Part shown: piece after piece, positions 1-9,389 of the stretch | Position numbering within the stretch: position 1 is the stretch's first letter | Layout of the letters: every line of letters begins with the position of its first letter | NCBI GenBank assembly: GCA_963747235.1 | Contig: CAVVEU010000024.1 | Location: 768,364-832,363, forward strand | DNA: 64,000 bases | Direction of reading: 5' to 3' | Origin: an uncultured Candidatus Rokubacteria bacterium | GTDB lineage: Bacteria > Methylomirabilota > Methylomirabilia > Rokubacteriales > CSP1-6 | Translations under genes and position numbers: made by a program | Notes under the pieces: model-generated | Seen by the model: the letters and a program-made list of their open reading frames with translations, nothing else | The model's database searches: none | What the model was told of the DNA's origin: nothing

Positions 1-861
1 AACCCGGGCGACGAGGTGCTGATCCCGAGCCCCTACTGGGTCTCGTACCCGGAGCAGGTGCGCCTGCTGGGCGGAGTGCCGGTCCCGGTGATGACGCAGG
101 AGGCGACCGGCTTCGATCTCGACCCCGCCGCGCTCCGCCGGGCGGTGACGCCGCGGACGAGGATGGTCGTGCTCGACAGCCCGGGCAACCCGACCGGCGC
201 GGTGTTCTCCCCGGACGCGCTGGCCGCGGTGGCCAAGCTCGCGGTGGAGCGCGATCTGTGGATCGTCTCGGACGAGTGCTACGAGTCGCTCACCTATGAA
301 GGCCGGCACGTGTCCATCGCCTCGCTGTCCTCCGAGGTGAAGGCGCGCACCATCGTGGTCAACACGTGCTCGAAGGCCTACGCGATGACCGGGTGGCGCA
401 TCGGGTACGCGGCCGGCCCCCGGCCCGTCATCAAGGCGATGACCGACGTGCAGAGCCAGGTCACGTCCAACCCCACCTCGGTCGCCCAGTGGGCCGCGGT
501 GGAGGCGCTGAGCGGCCCGCAGGACGAGGTGGCCAAGATGGCGGGCGAGTTCGATCGGCGCCGTCGCGTGATCATCGAGGCGCTCAACGCGATCCCGGGC
601 GTGACCTGCGTGATGCCGAAGGGCGCGTTCTATGCGTTTCCCAACGTCTCCGGGCTCTTCGGCAAGCGCGCGAAGGCCGGCGTGCTCCGCGGCTCCGCGG
701 ACGTGTGCGCGTTCCTGCTGGACGAGGCGCGCATCGCGACGGTGGCGGGGGTGGACTTCGGCTCCGACGCCCACATCCGTCTCTCGTACGCGACGGGGCT
801 CGACACCATCAAGGAAGGGCTGCGACGGATGGCCGCCGCCGTGCGCACGCTCGAGGGCTGA
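1..861 (+). CDS. PLP-dependent class I/II (aspartate) aminotransferase, 5' end outside window
   Basis: NPGDEVLIPSPYWVSY, PGNPTG, SDECYE and SKAYAMTGWRIGY PLP-lysine motif. Confidence 0.92.
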   Translation, partial: NPGDEVLIPSPYWVSYPEQVRLLGGVPVPVMTQEATGFDLDPAALRRAVTPRTRMVVLDSPGNPTGAVFSPDALAAVAKLAVERDLWIVSDECYESLTYEGRHVSIASLSSEVKARTIVVNTCSKAYAMTGWRIGYAAGPRPVIKAMTDVQSQVTSNPTSVAQWAAVEALSGPQDEVAKMAGEFDRRRRVIIEALNAIPGVTCVMPKGAFYAFPNVSGLFGKRAKAGVLRGSADVCAFLLDEARIATVAGVDFGSDAHIRLSYATGLDTIKEGLRRMAAAVRTLEG

Positions 862-862
862 C

Positions 863-1309
863 ATGAAGATCGAAGGCTCCGCCGACATTCCGGCCCCGCG
901 CGAGAAGGTGTGGGCCGCCTTCCTCGATCCCAATATCCTGGCGCAGGCCCTGCCCGGCTGCGAGAAGCTCGAGGCGATCGGGCCGAACGAGTACAAGGCC
1001 ACCATGAAGATCGGGGTCGCCGCCATCAAGGGCACCTTCGAGGGCAAGGTGAAGCTGAGCGACCTCGAGCCACCCAACCGCTACCGCATGGCGGTCGAGG
1101 GCAGCGGCGGGCCGGGCTTCGTCCGCGGCGCCGCGGGCATGCAGATGTCCGACGTGGACGGCGGCACCAAGGTGAGCTACGACGCCGACGTGCAGGTGGG
1201 CGGCCTCATCGCGAGTGTCGGGCAGCGGATGCTGGGCGGGGTCACCAAGATGATGCTCGATCAGTTCTTCACCAAGATGACCGAGCTGCTCACGTCGAAG
1301 CCGGCCTAG
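863..1309 (+). CDS. coxG: CoxG / SRPBCC (START) domain protein
   Basis: MKIEGSADIPAPREKVWAAFLDP...LPGCE...ADVQVGGLIASVGQRML; ATG 1 nt after the upstream TGA. Confidence 0.85.
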   Translation: MKIEGSADIPAPREKVWAAFLDPNILAQALPGCEKLEAIGPNEYKATMKIGVAAIKGTFEGKVKLSDLEPPNRYRMAVEGSGGPGFVRGAAGMQMSDVDGGTKVSYDADVQVGGLIASVGQRMLGGVTKMMLDQFFTKMTELLTSKPA

Positions 1310-1940
1310 CTGCTGTTCACGCTGCCCCCGCTCCTGCTGGCCGGCCTGCTCTCCATCGCGGCCGCCTCCTCGCCCCAGCCCGTGGCGGGCGACTGCGCGG
1401 GACCCGGCGGGGAGCAGCCCTCCCGCTGCCTCTACCGCTCCGCGTTCCCCAGCACCGGCCTCGTCGCCACCTGCCGCACCGACCACGACTGCAACGTCGG
1501 CTACTACTACGGCGACCCCGAGAAACCGGTCTGGCTCGACCCACCCCCGAACCAGCGGACCTTGCCGAAACCCGAAGTCATCTGGCGCGCCGCCACCTTC
1601 GCCGAGATCCGCTTCCCCTGCGGCCCCACCTGCCACATCAGCTACTTCTTCGAAGCCAAGCGCCGCCGCCTCTCCCCCCCAAGAGATCAAACTCTGGACG
1701 TGGACCTCCGCCGCCTCCTCGTAGCCCAGGAAGACGGCAAGTCCATCGCAGTCCGCCAGATATTTTCAGGCCGAGAAGTCGCCCGCATCACCCGCGACTG
1801 GACCCCAAGCCCATCTCTCGCCAGGCATTCTCACCGAGATCCACTTCGACCCAGACGGCCGCCTCACATTCACCTGGCTAAGAAAAAACGATCGAACGCC
1901 GGTGACGGAGCGCGTGTCCATCCCCAGCATCCCACGGTAG
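1310..1940 (+). CDS. Hypothetical exported protein, Cys-containing, frameshifted near 3' end
   Basis: Hydrophobic LLFTLPPLLLAGLLSIAAA in frame with ORF 1382-1984; FPCGPTCHISYFF; probable true end VTERVSIPSIPR-TAG at 1940; start codon uncertain. Confidence 0.5.
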
Positions 1941-2113
1941 GCGCGCGGCGGCGCGGGCGGGGGGGCGGCACGTGGGCCGGGTGACCCGTCCCCCGCCAAC
2001 GGAAGCCCGGAACCGCACGATCCCAGATTGGGAACTCTCCAGGGCACAAGACGAGTAAGCGTGTCGTGGTCAGAGGCCCACGTGCCGCCCCCCCGCCCGC
2101 GCCGCCTCGCGCC
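1940..2113. repeat. 39-bp inverted repeat (1 mismatch) around a ~95-bp core; REP/MITE-like palindromic unit
   Basis: 1940-1978 ggcgcgcggcggcgcgggcgggggggcggcacgtgggcc versus 2075-2113 ggcccacgtgccgcccccccgcccgcgccgcctcgcgcc, between convergent genes. Confidence 0.85.
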
Positions 2114-2135
2114 GGGCCAGGACGCCAGTACGACG

Positions 2136-3350
2136 CTACGCGGAGTGGGACGCCGCGACGGTGACCGGCGCGGCGCGGAGAGGCAAAGTGAAGGGCAGCG
2201 TGAGGAAGACGACGGAGCCCACGACGGAGAGGGTGAGCCGGACGCCGCCCCAGTCGCTGAGCAGCCCGTACATGAAGGGCGACAGCGCCGACGCCCCGAT
2301 GCCGAGCGTGTAGAAGATCGCGTAGCTCCGCGCCCGCCGCTCGCTCGACACCAGATCCGCCACGCTGCCGTAGAGCACCGACGACGTACCGTTGAGCGCC
2401 ACACCCAGAACGGGCAGCGCGACGAGACAGGCGCCCAGCGGCAGCGTCAGCAGGAAGAGAATGCCCGCGCCGGTGATGACCTCCGTGACCACCACGGTGC
2501 GGATCACGCCGACCCGATCCGCGAGGGCCCCGCACGCGAACTTCCCCACCGCGCCGCCGATGAACACCAGCATGAGCGCGAGCCCCACCGACTGCACCGT
2601 CGCGCCCTTGCCGATCAGCAGGAAGGGCAGGAAGGTGAGGAACCCGGTGCGCGTGGAGTTGTCGATGATGTGGATCGCGGACATCGCGGTGAAGGCGCGC
2701 ACGTCGCGGATGCCCGAGCCGCTGCCACGCTCCGGTGCCGCGCCGGTCGGCGCCGGTGCCGGGCGGAGCCCCGCGCCGAGACGGCCGAGCAGCACGAGGA
2801 TCACCGCGGCCGCCAGGAGCCCGACGACGCCGTAGACGCCCACCGCGCCCCGCCAGCCGAGCCAGGGCAGGGCGAGCGCCACCGCGGCGGGCACCGCGAC
2901 CTTGCCGAGATCGCCGGAGAAGTTGTAGGTGCCCAGGGCCGTCCGGCGCGGTCCGGACTCGTAGGCGCGGGCCACCAGCGAGGACGAGAGCGGGTGCTGG
3001 CAGCCCGAGCCGAGGCCGGCCACCACGAGGCAGGCGAGCAGGGCGACGAAGCTGCCGGTCAGGCCGGCCACCACGAAGCCGAGGGCGGTGACCGCGGTGC
3101 CCGCCACCAGCAGCCGCGCTTCGCCGCGGCGCTCCGCGAGAATGCCCGCGGGCACCTGGAAGGAGGCCATGCCGCCGGTGTAGAGCGTCTTGAGCAGCCC
3201 GACCTGCGCGAAGCTCAGGCCGAACTCGGTCGCCCACACCGGCAGGAGCACGTACAGGATGTCGGAGAAGCCGTCGTGGATGAAGTGCGCCCCGCAGGCG
3301 ACGGCGAGGACGGCGCGGGCGCGGCGAGTCATCGCCCGCGATTGTTTCAT
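2136..3350 (-). CDS. MFS transporter (Fsr-like)
   Basis: AHFIHDGFSDILYVLLP, GILAERRGE, GALADRVG; about 12 hydrophobic segments. Confidence 0.88.
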   Translation of the reverse strand: MKQSRAMTRRARAVLAVACGAHFIHDGFSDILYVLLPVWATEFGLSFAQVGLLKTLYTGGMASFQVPAGILAERRGEARLLVAGTAVTALGFVVAGLTGSFVALLACLVVAGLGSGCQHPLSSSLVARAYESGPRRTALGTYNFSGDLGKVAVPAAVALALPWLGWRGAVGVYGVVGLLAAAVILVLLGRLGAGLRPAPAPTGAAPERGSGSGIRDVRAFTAMSAIHIIDNSTRTGFLTFLPFLLIGKGATVQSVGLALMLVFIGGAVGKFACGALADRVGVIRTVVVTEVITGAGILFLLTLPLGACLVALPVLGVALNGTSSVLYGSVADLVSSERRARSYAIFYTLGIGASALSPFMYGLLSDWGGVRLTLSVVGSVVFLTLPFTLPLRAAPVTVAASHSA

Positions 3351-3388
3351 ATCCGTGACGCCGCGGGCAAATGCGGAGCCGCGGCGGG

Positions 3389-3862
3389 TCAGCGCGGGTG
3401 GCGGACCAGCATCCGGAACATCATGACGTGCGTGACCACGAGCGCCGGCACGATGAAGGTGGGGATGAAGTAGGCCGCCCCGAGCTGCACGTCGCGGGTG
3501 AGCCCCTGGTAGAACGCGTTGACCAGGTCCAGCAGGCCCACCACGTTGAAGAGCCACGTGAGGGGCAGCGCGATGGTGGAGCGCGCGCGAAGCGCCACGA
3601 GGGCGGCAAGGGCGAGCAGGCCGGCCAGGAGATCTCCGTAGGCGGCCGGGACCGCGAACGCGGCCGGGAGCGCGGGGCCGACCACCGTCGGCACGAGAAA
3701 GACCATTCCGAGGTAGCGCGCGGCGTGGAGCACGAGCAGCGGTTGCAGCGCGGCACGCAGCTGCAGCGAAGCCAGCCGGGGGGTCACGTACCACTTCGCC
3801 ACCAGGCCGTAGACGACGAAGCTCAGCAGGACCTGGAGTCCGAAGATCTGCTGGGTCTTCAT
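3389..3862 (-). CDS. Hypothetical membrane protein
   Basis: MKTQQIFGLQVLLSFVVYGLVAKWYV..., five hydrophobic segments, GAGGA RBS. Confidence 0.75.
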   Translation of the reverse strand: MKTQQIFGLQVLLSFVVYGLVAKWYVTPRLASLQLRAALQPLLVLHAARYLGMVFLVPTVVGPALPAAFAVPAAYGDLLAGLLALAALVALRARSTIALPLTWLFNVVGLLDLVNAFYQGLTRDVQLGAAYFIPTFIVPALVVTHVMMFRMLVRHPR

Positions 3863-3936
3863 GGTCCTCACGGTGCGGGCGGCGACCACGGCCGGCAGCA
3901 CCTGCAGGTGGCGGCAACAGTCTCATCGAGCCGAGG

Positions 3937-4119
3937 TCAGGCCGCCAGAGCTCGTCCCGACTTCGCGCGCCGCGGCGGTCGCGCCGAGGAGCCGCCGTGA
4001 CGCCGCCGCACGGCGTGGTAGCGCCAGGGCGTGGCGTAGTGGATGGCGCCGTACACGTGGTGAATGCTCGTCAGCGCCAGGACGGCGCAGGCCGCGACGA
4101 GGGCGCGCGTACGGGTCAC
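3937..4119 (-). pseudogene. Short or truncated membrane protein
   Basis: MTRTRALVAACAVLALTSIHHVYGAIHYATPWRYHAV overlaps the MATE stop (GTGA) and then loses coding character. Confidence 0.4.
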
Positions 4120-5522
4120 GATCGCCCCGGCGCGCGGGCGCGCCAGGCGCCCAGCCGGACCGCCGCGACGTTGATGACGCCGAACACCACGAGCGCCGCC
4201 GCCATGGCCGCGAAGATCCCGGAGAGGCCGCCCCCGAGCCAGCGCGTGGCGAGCCAGCCGCCCACCGCCGCGATCAGGAGCCGGGTGAATCCGGCGAGGA
4301 GCGGCCAGAGCAGGCGGCCCGCGCCCTGCGAGGCGAAGTAGAGCGCGAGCCCCGCGCCGAAGAAGCCGTAGAACGGGCCCACGATCGTGAGGTAGCGCGT
4401 GCCCGCGGCCAGCACGCCCGGGTCGGTGGTGAAGAGCCCGAGCCAGGCGAGCGGGAACAGCGCGGCCAGGATCCCGATCACGCCGGTGATACCCGCCGCC
4501 ATCGCGGAGCCGACCCAGGCGACGCGCACCGCGCGCGCGCGATCGCCCGCGCCGATGCTGGTGCCGACCATGGTGACGAGCCCGGACCCTAGCCCGAAGA
4601 CGATCGGGATCTGGAGATACTCGAGCCGCGCGCCCAGGCCGTACCCGGCCAGCGCCGTCACGCCGAAGGGCCCGACCAGCGCGGTCAGGACCACGACGGT
4701 GAGATTCGTCAGGATCGTGTTGAGCGACCCGGGGGCGCCGACGCGCAGGATCTCCCAGAAGAGGCGACGCCGGAGACCCTGGCCGCGCAGCGCGGGCCGC
4801 ACCAGGCTCCGGCCCGAATAGAGAAACCCGAGCAGCACCAGGCTGCCGAGGCCGAAGGAGAACACGCTCGCGACGGCGGCGCCCGCGATGCCCAGGCGAG
4901 GCAGCGGGCCCCAGCCGAGGATCAGGGCGGGGGAGAGCCCCAGGTAGACGATGCCGGTCGCGACCATGACCGAGGCGGGGACCGCCATGTTGCCGCTGCC
5001 GCGGATCGCGCTGCTGAGCGTGTTGAAGAGCCAGTAGGCGACCGCGCCCCCGAAGAGCACGCGGGAGTAGGTCACCGCGGCGGTGAGGACCTCGTCCGTT
5101 CCGCCCATCGCGTGGAAGAGCGCGGGTCCGGCCAGCTCGAGGATGAGCGTGAACGCCCCGCCCATGACCAACGCGATGACGATCGCGTGGATCACGAGTG
5201 CGTCGGCGTCGGCGCGCCGGCCCCCGCCGAGGGCGCGCGCCACCGCGGAGGCCACGCCGCCGCCCATCCCGCCCGCGGACATCGTCTGCATCAGCATGAC
5301 CAGCGGGAACACGATCGAGACGCCGGCCAGCGCCGCCGACCCGAGCCAGCCGACGAAGACCGCGTCGAGCGTGCTCACCGCCGCCTGCAGCACCATCACG
5401 AGCACGTTGGGCGCGGCGAGCACGAGCAGGGTCCGCGCCACCGGGCCCTCGAGGAGCAGGCGGGTGCGCGGCGACAGCGGGGCGGCGGCGACCGGGGCCA
5501 CCGCGGCGACGGCGTGGCTCAC
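4116..5522 (-). CDS. MATE family efflux transporter
   Basis: LLEGPVARTLLVLAAP, ALAGVSIVFP, IRGSGNM, ALAGYGLGARLEY, VGTSIGAG. Confidence 0.92.
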   Translation of the reverse strand: MSHAVAAVAPVAAAPLSPRTRLLLEGPVARTLLVLAAPNVLVMVLQAAVSTLDAVFVGWLGSAALAGVSIVFPLVMLMQTMSAGGMGGGVASAVARALGGGRRADADALVIHAIVIALVMGGAFTLILELAGPALFHAMGGTDEVLTAAVTYSRVLFGGAVAYWLFNTLSSAIRGSGNMAVPASVMVATGIVYLGLSPALILGWGPLPRLGIAGAAVASVFSFGLGSLVLLGFLYSGRSLVRPALRGQGLRRRLFWEILRVGAPGSLNTILTNLTVVVLTALVGPFGVTALAGYGLGARLEYLQIPIVFGLGSGLVTMVGTSIGAGDRARAVRVAWVGSAMAAGITGVIGILAALFPLAWLGLFTTDPGVLAAGTRYLTIVGPFYGFFGAGLALYFASQGAGRLLWPLLAGFTRLLIAAVGGWLATRWLGGGLSGIFAAMAAALVVFGVINVAAVRLGAWRARAPGRS

Positions 5523-5961
5523 TAGCGCCCCTCGGCCTGCTCGCCCCGGAGCGTCATGCAGGTGCTGGAGGCGCGCGCGACGAGGCGGTCCTTCTCGTCC
5601 ACCACGTCGCACTCGAGCAGCCCGACCGTGCGCCCGCCCTTGACCAGGCGGCCGGTGGCGATCAGCCGCCCCGTCCGCACCGGCTTGAGGAAGTTGATCT
5701 TGAGCTCGAGCGTGGTGAAGGTCTCGCCCTCGTCGAGGCCGGCCGCGTAGGCCATGCCCATGGCCGCGTCCGCGATGTCGCACAGCACCCCGCCGTGCAG
5801 CGTGCCCATCGGGTTGGCGTGGCGGGGACCCGCGTCGAGCGTGACCACCGCCCGGCCGGGCTCGCACCTCGGTGAGCGTGAAGCCGATCAGGTCGGCGAT
5901 CGGGGGCGGGGCCGCTTCCCCGCGCTGCACCATCCGGATGAGAGTCGAGCGCCTTGGTCAT
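5522..5961 (-). CDS. PaaI family thioesterase (frameshifted)
   Basis: HANPMGTLHGGVLCDIADAAMG and TTLELKINFLKPV; N-terminus MTKALDS...PPPIADLIGF lies in other frames. Confidence 0.85.
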
Positions 5962-6000
5962 AGTGACTAGTAAAATACTAGTCACTTGCTTTCGTGTCAA
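5962..6000 (-). promoter_or_regulatory. Sigma70 promoter overlapped by a perfect palindromic operator (probable HxlR site)
   Basis: Minus strand TTGACA-N17-TATTTT; palindrome agtgactagta-aaa-tactagtcact at 5962-5986 abuts the PaaI ATG. Confidence 0.8.
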
Positions 6001-6021
6001 GACCCCTGCTATCCTGACCCC

Positions 6022-6480
6022 ATGGCGAAGGAATACAACCAGTCCTGCCCGGTGGCGAAGACGCTCGAGGTCATCGGCGATCGCTGGACGCTCCTGGTGG
6101 TGCGCGACCTGCTGCGCGGCACCCAGCGCTTCCAGGATCTGCTCGGCAGCCTGCCCGGCATCGCCCCCAACATCCTGTCCGCGCGCCTCAAGCTGATGGA
6201 GGAGCACGGGCTGATCCGCCGCACGCTCTACTCGGATCACCCGCCGCGGGCCGAGTACGCGCTCACCGACCGCGGCCGGGAGCTCGGGATGGTGGTGGGC
6301 GCGCTCGCCGCGTGGGGCGGCCGCCACGTGCACCGCGAGACCCAGCTCGTGCACTCCGGGTGCGGGCACCCGGTGTCGGTCGGCTACTACTGCCCGGACT
6401 GCAAGGAAGGCGTCCGCGGCGCGGACGTCGCGGTCACGCGGGTTCGAGCGCGTCGAGGAAGTCCAGCACCGCGCGGTTGA
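6022..6480 (+). CDS. HxlR family transcriptional regulator
   Basis: CPVAKTLEVIGDRWTLLVVRDL...PPRAEYALTDRG, C-terminal HSGCG/CPDC. Confidence 0.92.
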   Translation: MAKEYNQSCPVAKTLEVIGDRWTLLVVRDLLRGTQRFQDLLGSLPGIAPNILSARLKLMEEHGLIRRTLYSDHPPRAEYALTDRGRELGMVVGALAAWGGRHVHRETQLVHSGCGHPVSVGYYCPDCKEGVRGADVAVTRVRARRGSPAPRG

Positions 6481-7249
6481 AGTCCTCCGGCTGATCCCGG
6501 TTGGCGAAGTGGCCCGCCGGGGAGAGCAGCACGAAGCGGGACGGCTTGATCTTCTTCTCCATCACCCGCATCGGCTCGAGCGAGGGATCCTCGTCGCCGC
6601 AGATCAGCAGGGTGGGCACGCTGATCTCGGCCAGCCGCTCGGTGATGTAGTCCATCTGCAGCAGCGCGCGCAGGGCGTTCGCGTAGCCGATCGGGGTCAG
6701 CTTGCGGTAGTACTCGAAGATCTCCTGGCGCGCCCCCGGGTCCAGCTTGAGCCGGCCCGCCACGTTCGGATTCGACGCGATGGCGAACTCGGCCATGGCG
6801 TCCATCCCGCCCTTGAGCGTCACCTCGATCGACTTGGCGCGCATCACCACGTTCTCCACCGAGAGCGGCAGGCCCGCCGCGGACGACGAGTCCACCACGA
6901 CCAGGGCCCGCACCCGCTCGGGGTGCGCCAGCGTGAAGCGGGTCGCGATGCCCCCGCCGAGGGAGAGGCCGCCCACCACCGCGTGGACCAGGCCCAGGTG
7001 GCCCATCAGGTCGCGCAGATCGAGCACCCAGTGGTCGAAGGTGACCTTGGTGGGATCGGCCGGGCTCTCCGAGCGGGCGTGGCCCCGCGGCTCCCAGAGG
7101 ATCAGCCGGTGCCGCTCGGAGAGGGCATGGATGTTCGGCTGCCACATCCCCGCGTTGCCGCCGATGCCGTAGGCCAGGAGGAGTGGGTCGCCGGTGCCGT
7201 GCGACTCGTAGTAGATCCGGACGCCGTCGCTGGTGGTGAAGTGCGCCAT
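6434..7249 (-). CDS. Alpha/beta hydrolase
   Basis: PRGHARS, GLSLGG nucleophile elbow, GDED, AGHF. Confidence 0.9.
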   Translation of the reverse strand: MAHFTTSDGVRIYYESHGTGDPLLLAYGIGGNAGMWQPNIHALSERHRLILWEPRGHARSESPADPTKVTFDHWVLDLRDLMGHLGLVHAVVGGLSLGGGIATRFTLAHPERVRALVVVDSSSAAGLPLSVENVVMRAKSIEVTLKGGMDAMAEFAIASNPNVAGRLKLDPGARQEIFEYYRKLTPIGYANALRALLQMDYITERLAEISVPTLLICGDEDPSLEPMRVMEKKIKPSRFVLLSPAGHFANRDQPEDFNRAVLDFLDALEPA

Positions 7250-7289
7250 GGGCTCCTCCTTCCGGGAGGTTGTGATACAAGAGGGTCCT

Positions 7290-9389
7290 ATGGAACGGTC
7301 GTTCGCCGAGGAAGTCAAGCAGCTCGCGCTGGGGGACGGCCAGGTGCTCCGGGGCGAGGGGATCCTCGCGATCACCAAGGCGCTGCTGCAGTCCGGTGTC
7401 TCCTACGTGGGCGGCTACCCGGGCGCGCCGGTCTCTCATCTCCTGGATGTCCTGGCCGACGCCAACGAGTCGCTGTTGAAGCCGATGGGCGTCTACCTGG
7501 ACGCCTCCGCCAACGAGGCGGCCGCCGCCGCGCTGCTCGGCGCCTCCATCAACTACCCGATGCGCGGCGCGGTGACGTGGAAATCTATCGTGGGCACCAA
7601 CGTGGCCGCGGACGCGCTGTCGAACCTGGCCTCGGCCGGCGTCATCGGCGGCGCGCTGATCGTGGTCGGCGAGGACTACGGCGCCGGCGCCAGCGTCATC
7701 CAGGAGCGCACGCATGCCTTCGCGCTCAAGTCGTCGCTACCGCTCATCGACCCGCGCCCGACCCTGCAGAACCTCGCGCGCATGGTGGAAGAGGGCTTCG
7801 CCCTGTCCGAGGCCTCGAACCTCCCCACCGTGATCAGCCTGCGCATCCGCGCCGCGCACATGCGCGGGAGCCTGGTCTGCCGCGACAATGTCCGGCCGGC
7901 CGTCTCCATGAACACGCGGCTCGAGCGCCACTCCTTCGACTACGGCCGCCTGAGCCACCCGCCGTCCACCTACACCCAGGAGGCGCAGAAGTTCGAGCGG
8001 CGGCTGCCCGCGGCCCGGCGCTACATCGTCGCGCGCGGCCTCAACGAGGTGATCCCCGGCGAGGAGAAGGCGCTCGGCATCATCCTCCAGGGCGGGCTCA
8101 CCCCGACCGCGCTGCGGGCGCTCGAGCTGCTGGGCATGGCCGACCCGTTCGGCGCCTCCCGCATCCCGATGCTGGTGCTGAACGTGATCCACCCGCTCGT
8201 GCCCGAGCAGCTCGTCTCCTTCCTCGAGGGCAAGCAGCGCGTGCTCGTGCTGGAAGAGGGCATGCCGAGCTTCATCGAGCAGGAGCTGAAGGCGCTCGCC
8301 TACGAGCACGGGCTCACCACGCGCATCCACGGCAAGGACGTGGTGGCCGCGCAGGGCGAGTACGTGCCCGAGGTGGTGCTGGCCGCCCTCGCGCGCTTCC
8401 TGGGCGGCGACGCGGAGCGGCGGCGGCAGGCGCTCACCGAGCACGTGGGGCAGGGCCGCGCGCTGCTCCAGGCGCCGCTGCCCAAGCGCCCGCCCGCGTT
8501 CTGCACCGGCTGCCCGGAGCGGCCGGTGTTCAGCGCGCTCAAGATCGCCCAGCGCGAGCTCGGCGAGACCCACGTGGCCGCCGACATCGGCTGCCACGCC
8601 TTCGCGACGCTGCCGCCGTTCAACCAGGGCAACACCATCCTGGGCTACGGGATGAGCGTGGCCTCGGCCAGCGCGGTGGCGCCCCACTTCGACAAGCGCG
8701 TGATCTCGATCCTGGGCGACGGCGGCTTCTGGCACTCGGGTCTCACCGCGGGGGTGGCCAACGCGGTCTTCAACAAGCAGGACTCGATCGTGGTGGTGCT
8801 GGAGAACTTCTACACCTCGGCCACCGGCCAGCAGGCCAATCCCTCGTCGGGCAAGAACCCGCGTGGCGACATCGTGAAGATGTCCATCGCCGACACCATC
8901 CGGAGCCTCGGGGTCTCCTGGATCAAGACCGTGAATCCCTACCGGGTCGAAGCCACGTTGAAAGTCGTCAAGGAGGCGATGACCACCGCCGCGGGCGGGC
9001 TCAAGGTGATCATCGCCCGCGCGGAGTGCCAGCTCGAGCGCCAGCGGCGCGTGAAGCCGGAGACGGCGGCGCGCCTCAAGGCGGGCGCGCGGGTCGAGGT
9101 GCCGCGGTTCGGCGTGGACCCCGACGTCTGTACCGGCGACAAGTCGTGCATGCGCTTCAACGGCTGCCCGTCGCTCACCTTGAAGGACAATCCCGACCCG
9201 CTGCGCGACGACCCGATCGCCCACGTGGACGCGAGCTGCGTGGGTTGCGGCCTCTGCGGCGAGGTGGCCCACGCCGCCGTGCTGTGTCCGTCGTTCTACG
9301 AGACGCGCGTCGTGCACAACCCGGGTGCCGGCTCCCGCGCGCTCGACGGGCTGCGGCGCCGCCTCATCGGCTGGCTCCAGCCCGCGTGA
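7290..9389 (+). CDS. iorA: Indolepyruvate/arylpyruvate:ferredoxin oxidoreductase alpha subunit
   Basis: GGYPGAP, RPPAFCTGCPERP, DIGCH, GDGGFWHSG (TPP), C-terminal CVGCGLC ferredoxin. Confidence 0.92.
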   Translation: MERSFAEEVKQLALGDGQVLRGEGILAITKALLQSGVSYVGGYPGAPVSHLLDVLADANESLLKPMGVYLDASANEAAAAALLGASINYPMRGAVTWKSIVGTNVAADALSNLASAGVIGGALIVVGEDYGAGASVIQERTHAFALKSSLPLIDPRPTLQNLARMVEEGFALSEASNLPTVISLRIRAAHMRGSLVCRDNVRPAVSMNTRLERHSFDYGRLSHPPSTYTQEAQKFERRLPAARRYIVARGLNEVIPGEEKALGIILQGGLTPTALRALELLGMADPFGASRIPMLVLNVIHPLVPEQLVSFLEGKQRVLVLEEGMPSFIEQELKALAYEHGLTTRIHGKDVVAAQGEYVPEVVLAALARFLGGDAERRRQALTEHVGQGRALLQAPLPKRPPAFCTGCPERPVFSALKIAQRELGETHVAADIGCHAFATLPPFNQGNTILGYGMSVASASAVAPHFDKRVISILGDGGFWHSGLTAGVANAVFNKQDSIVVVLENFYTSATGQQANPSSGKNPRGDIVKMSIADTIRSLGVSWIKTVNPYRVEATLKVVKEAMTTAAGGLKVIIARAECQLERQRRVKPETAARLKAGARVEVPRFGVDPDVCTGDKSCMRFNGCPSLTLKDNPDPLRDDPIAHVDASCVGCGLCGEVAHAAVLCPSFYETRVVHNPGAGSRALDGLRRRLIGWLQPA

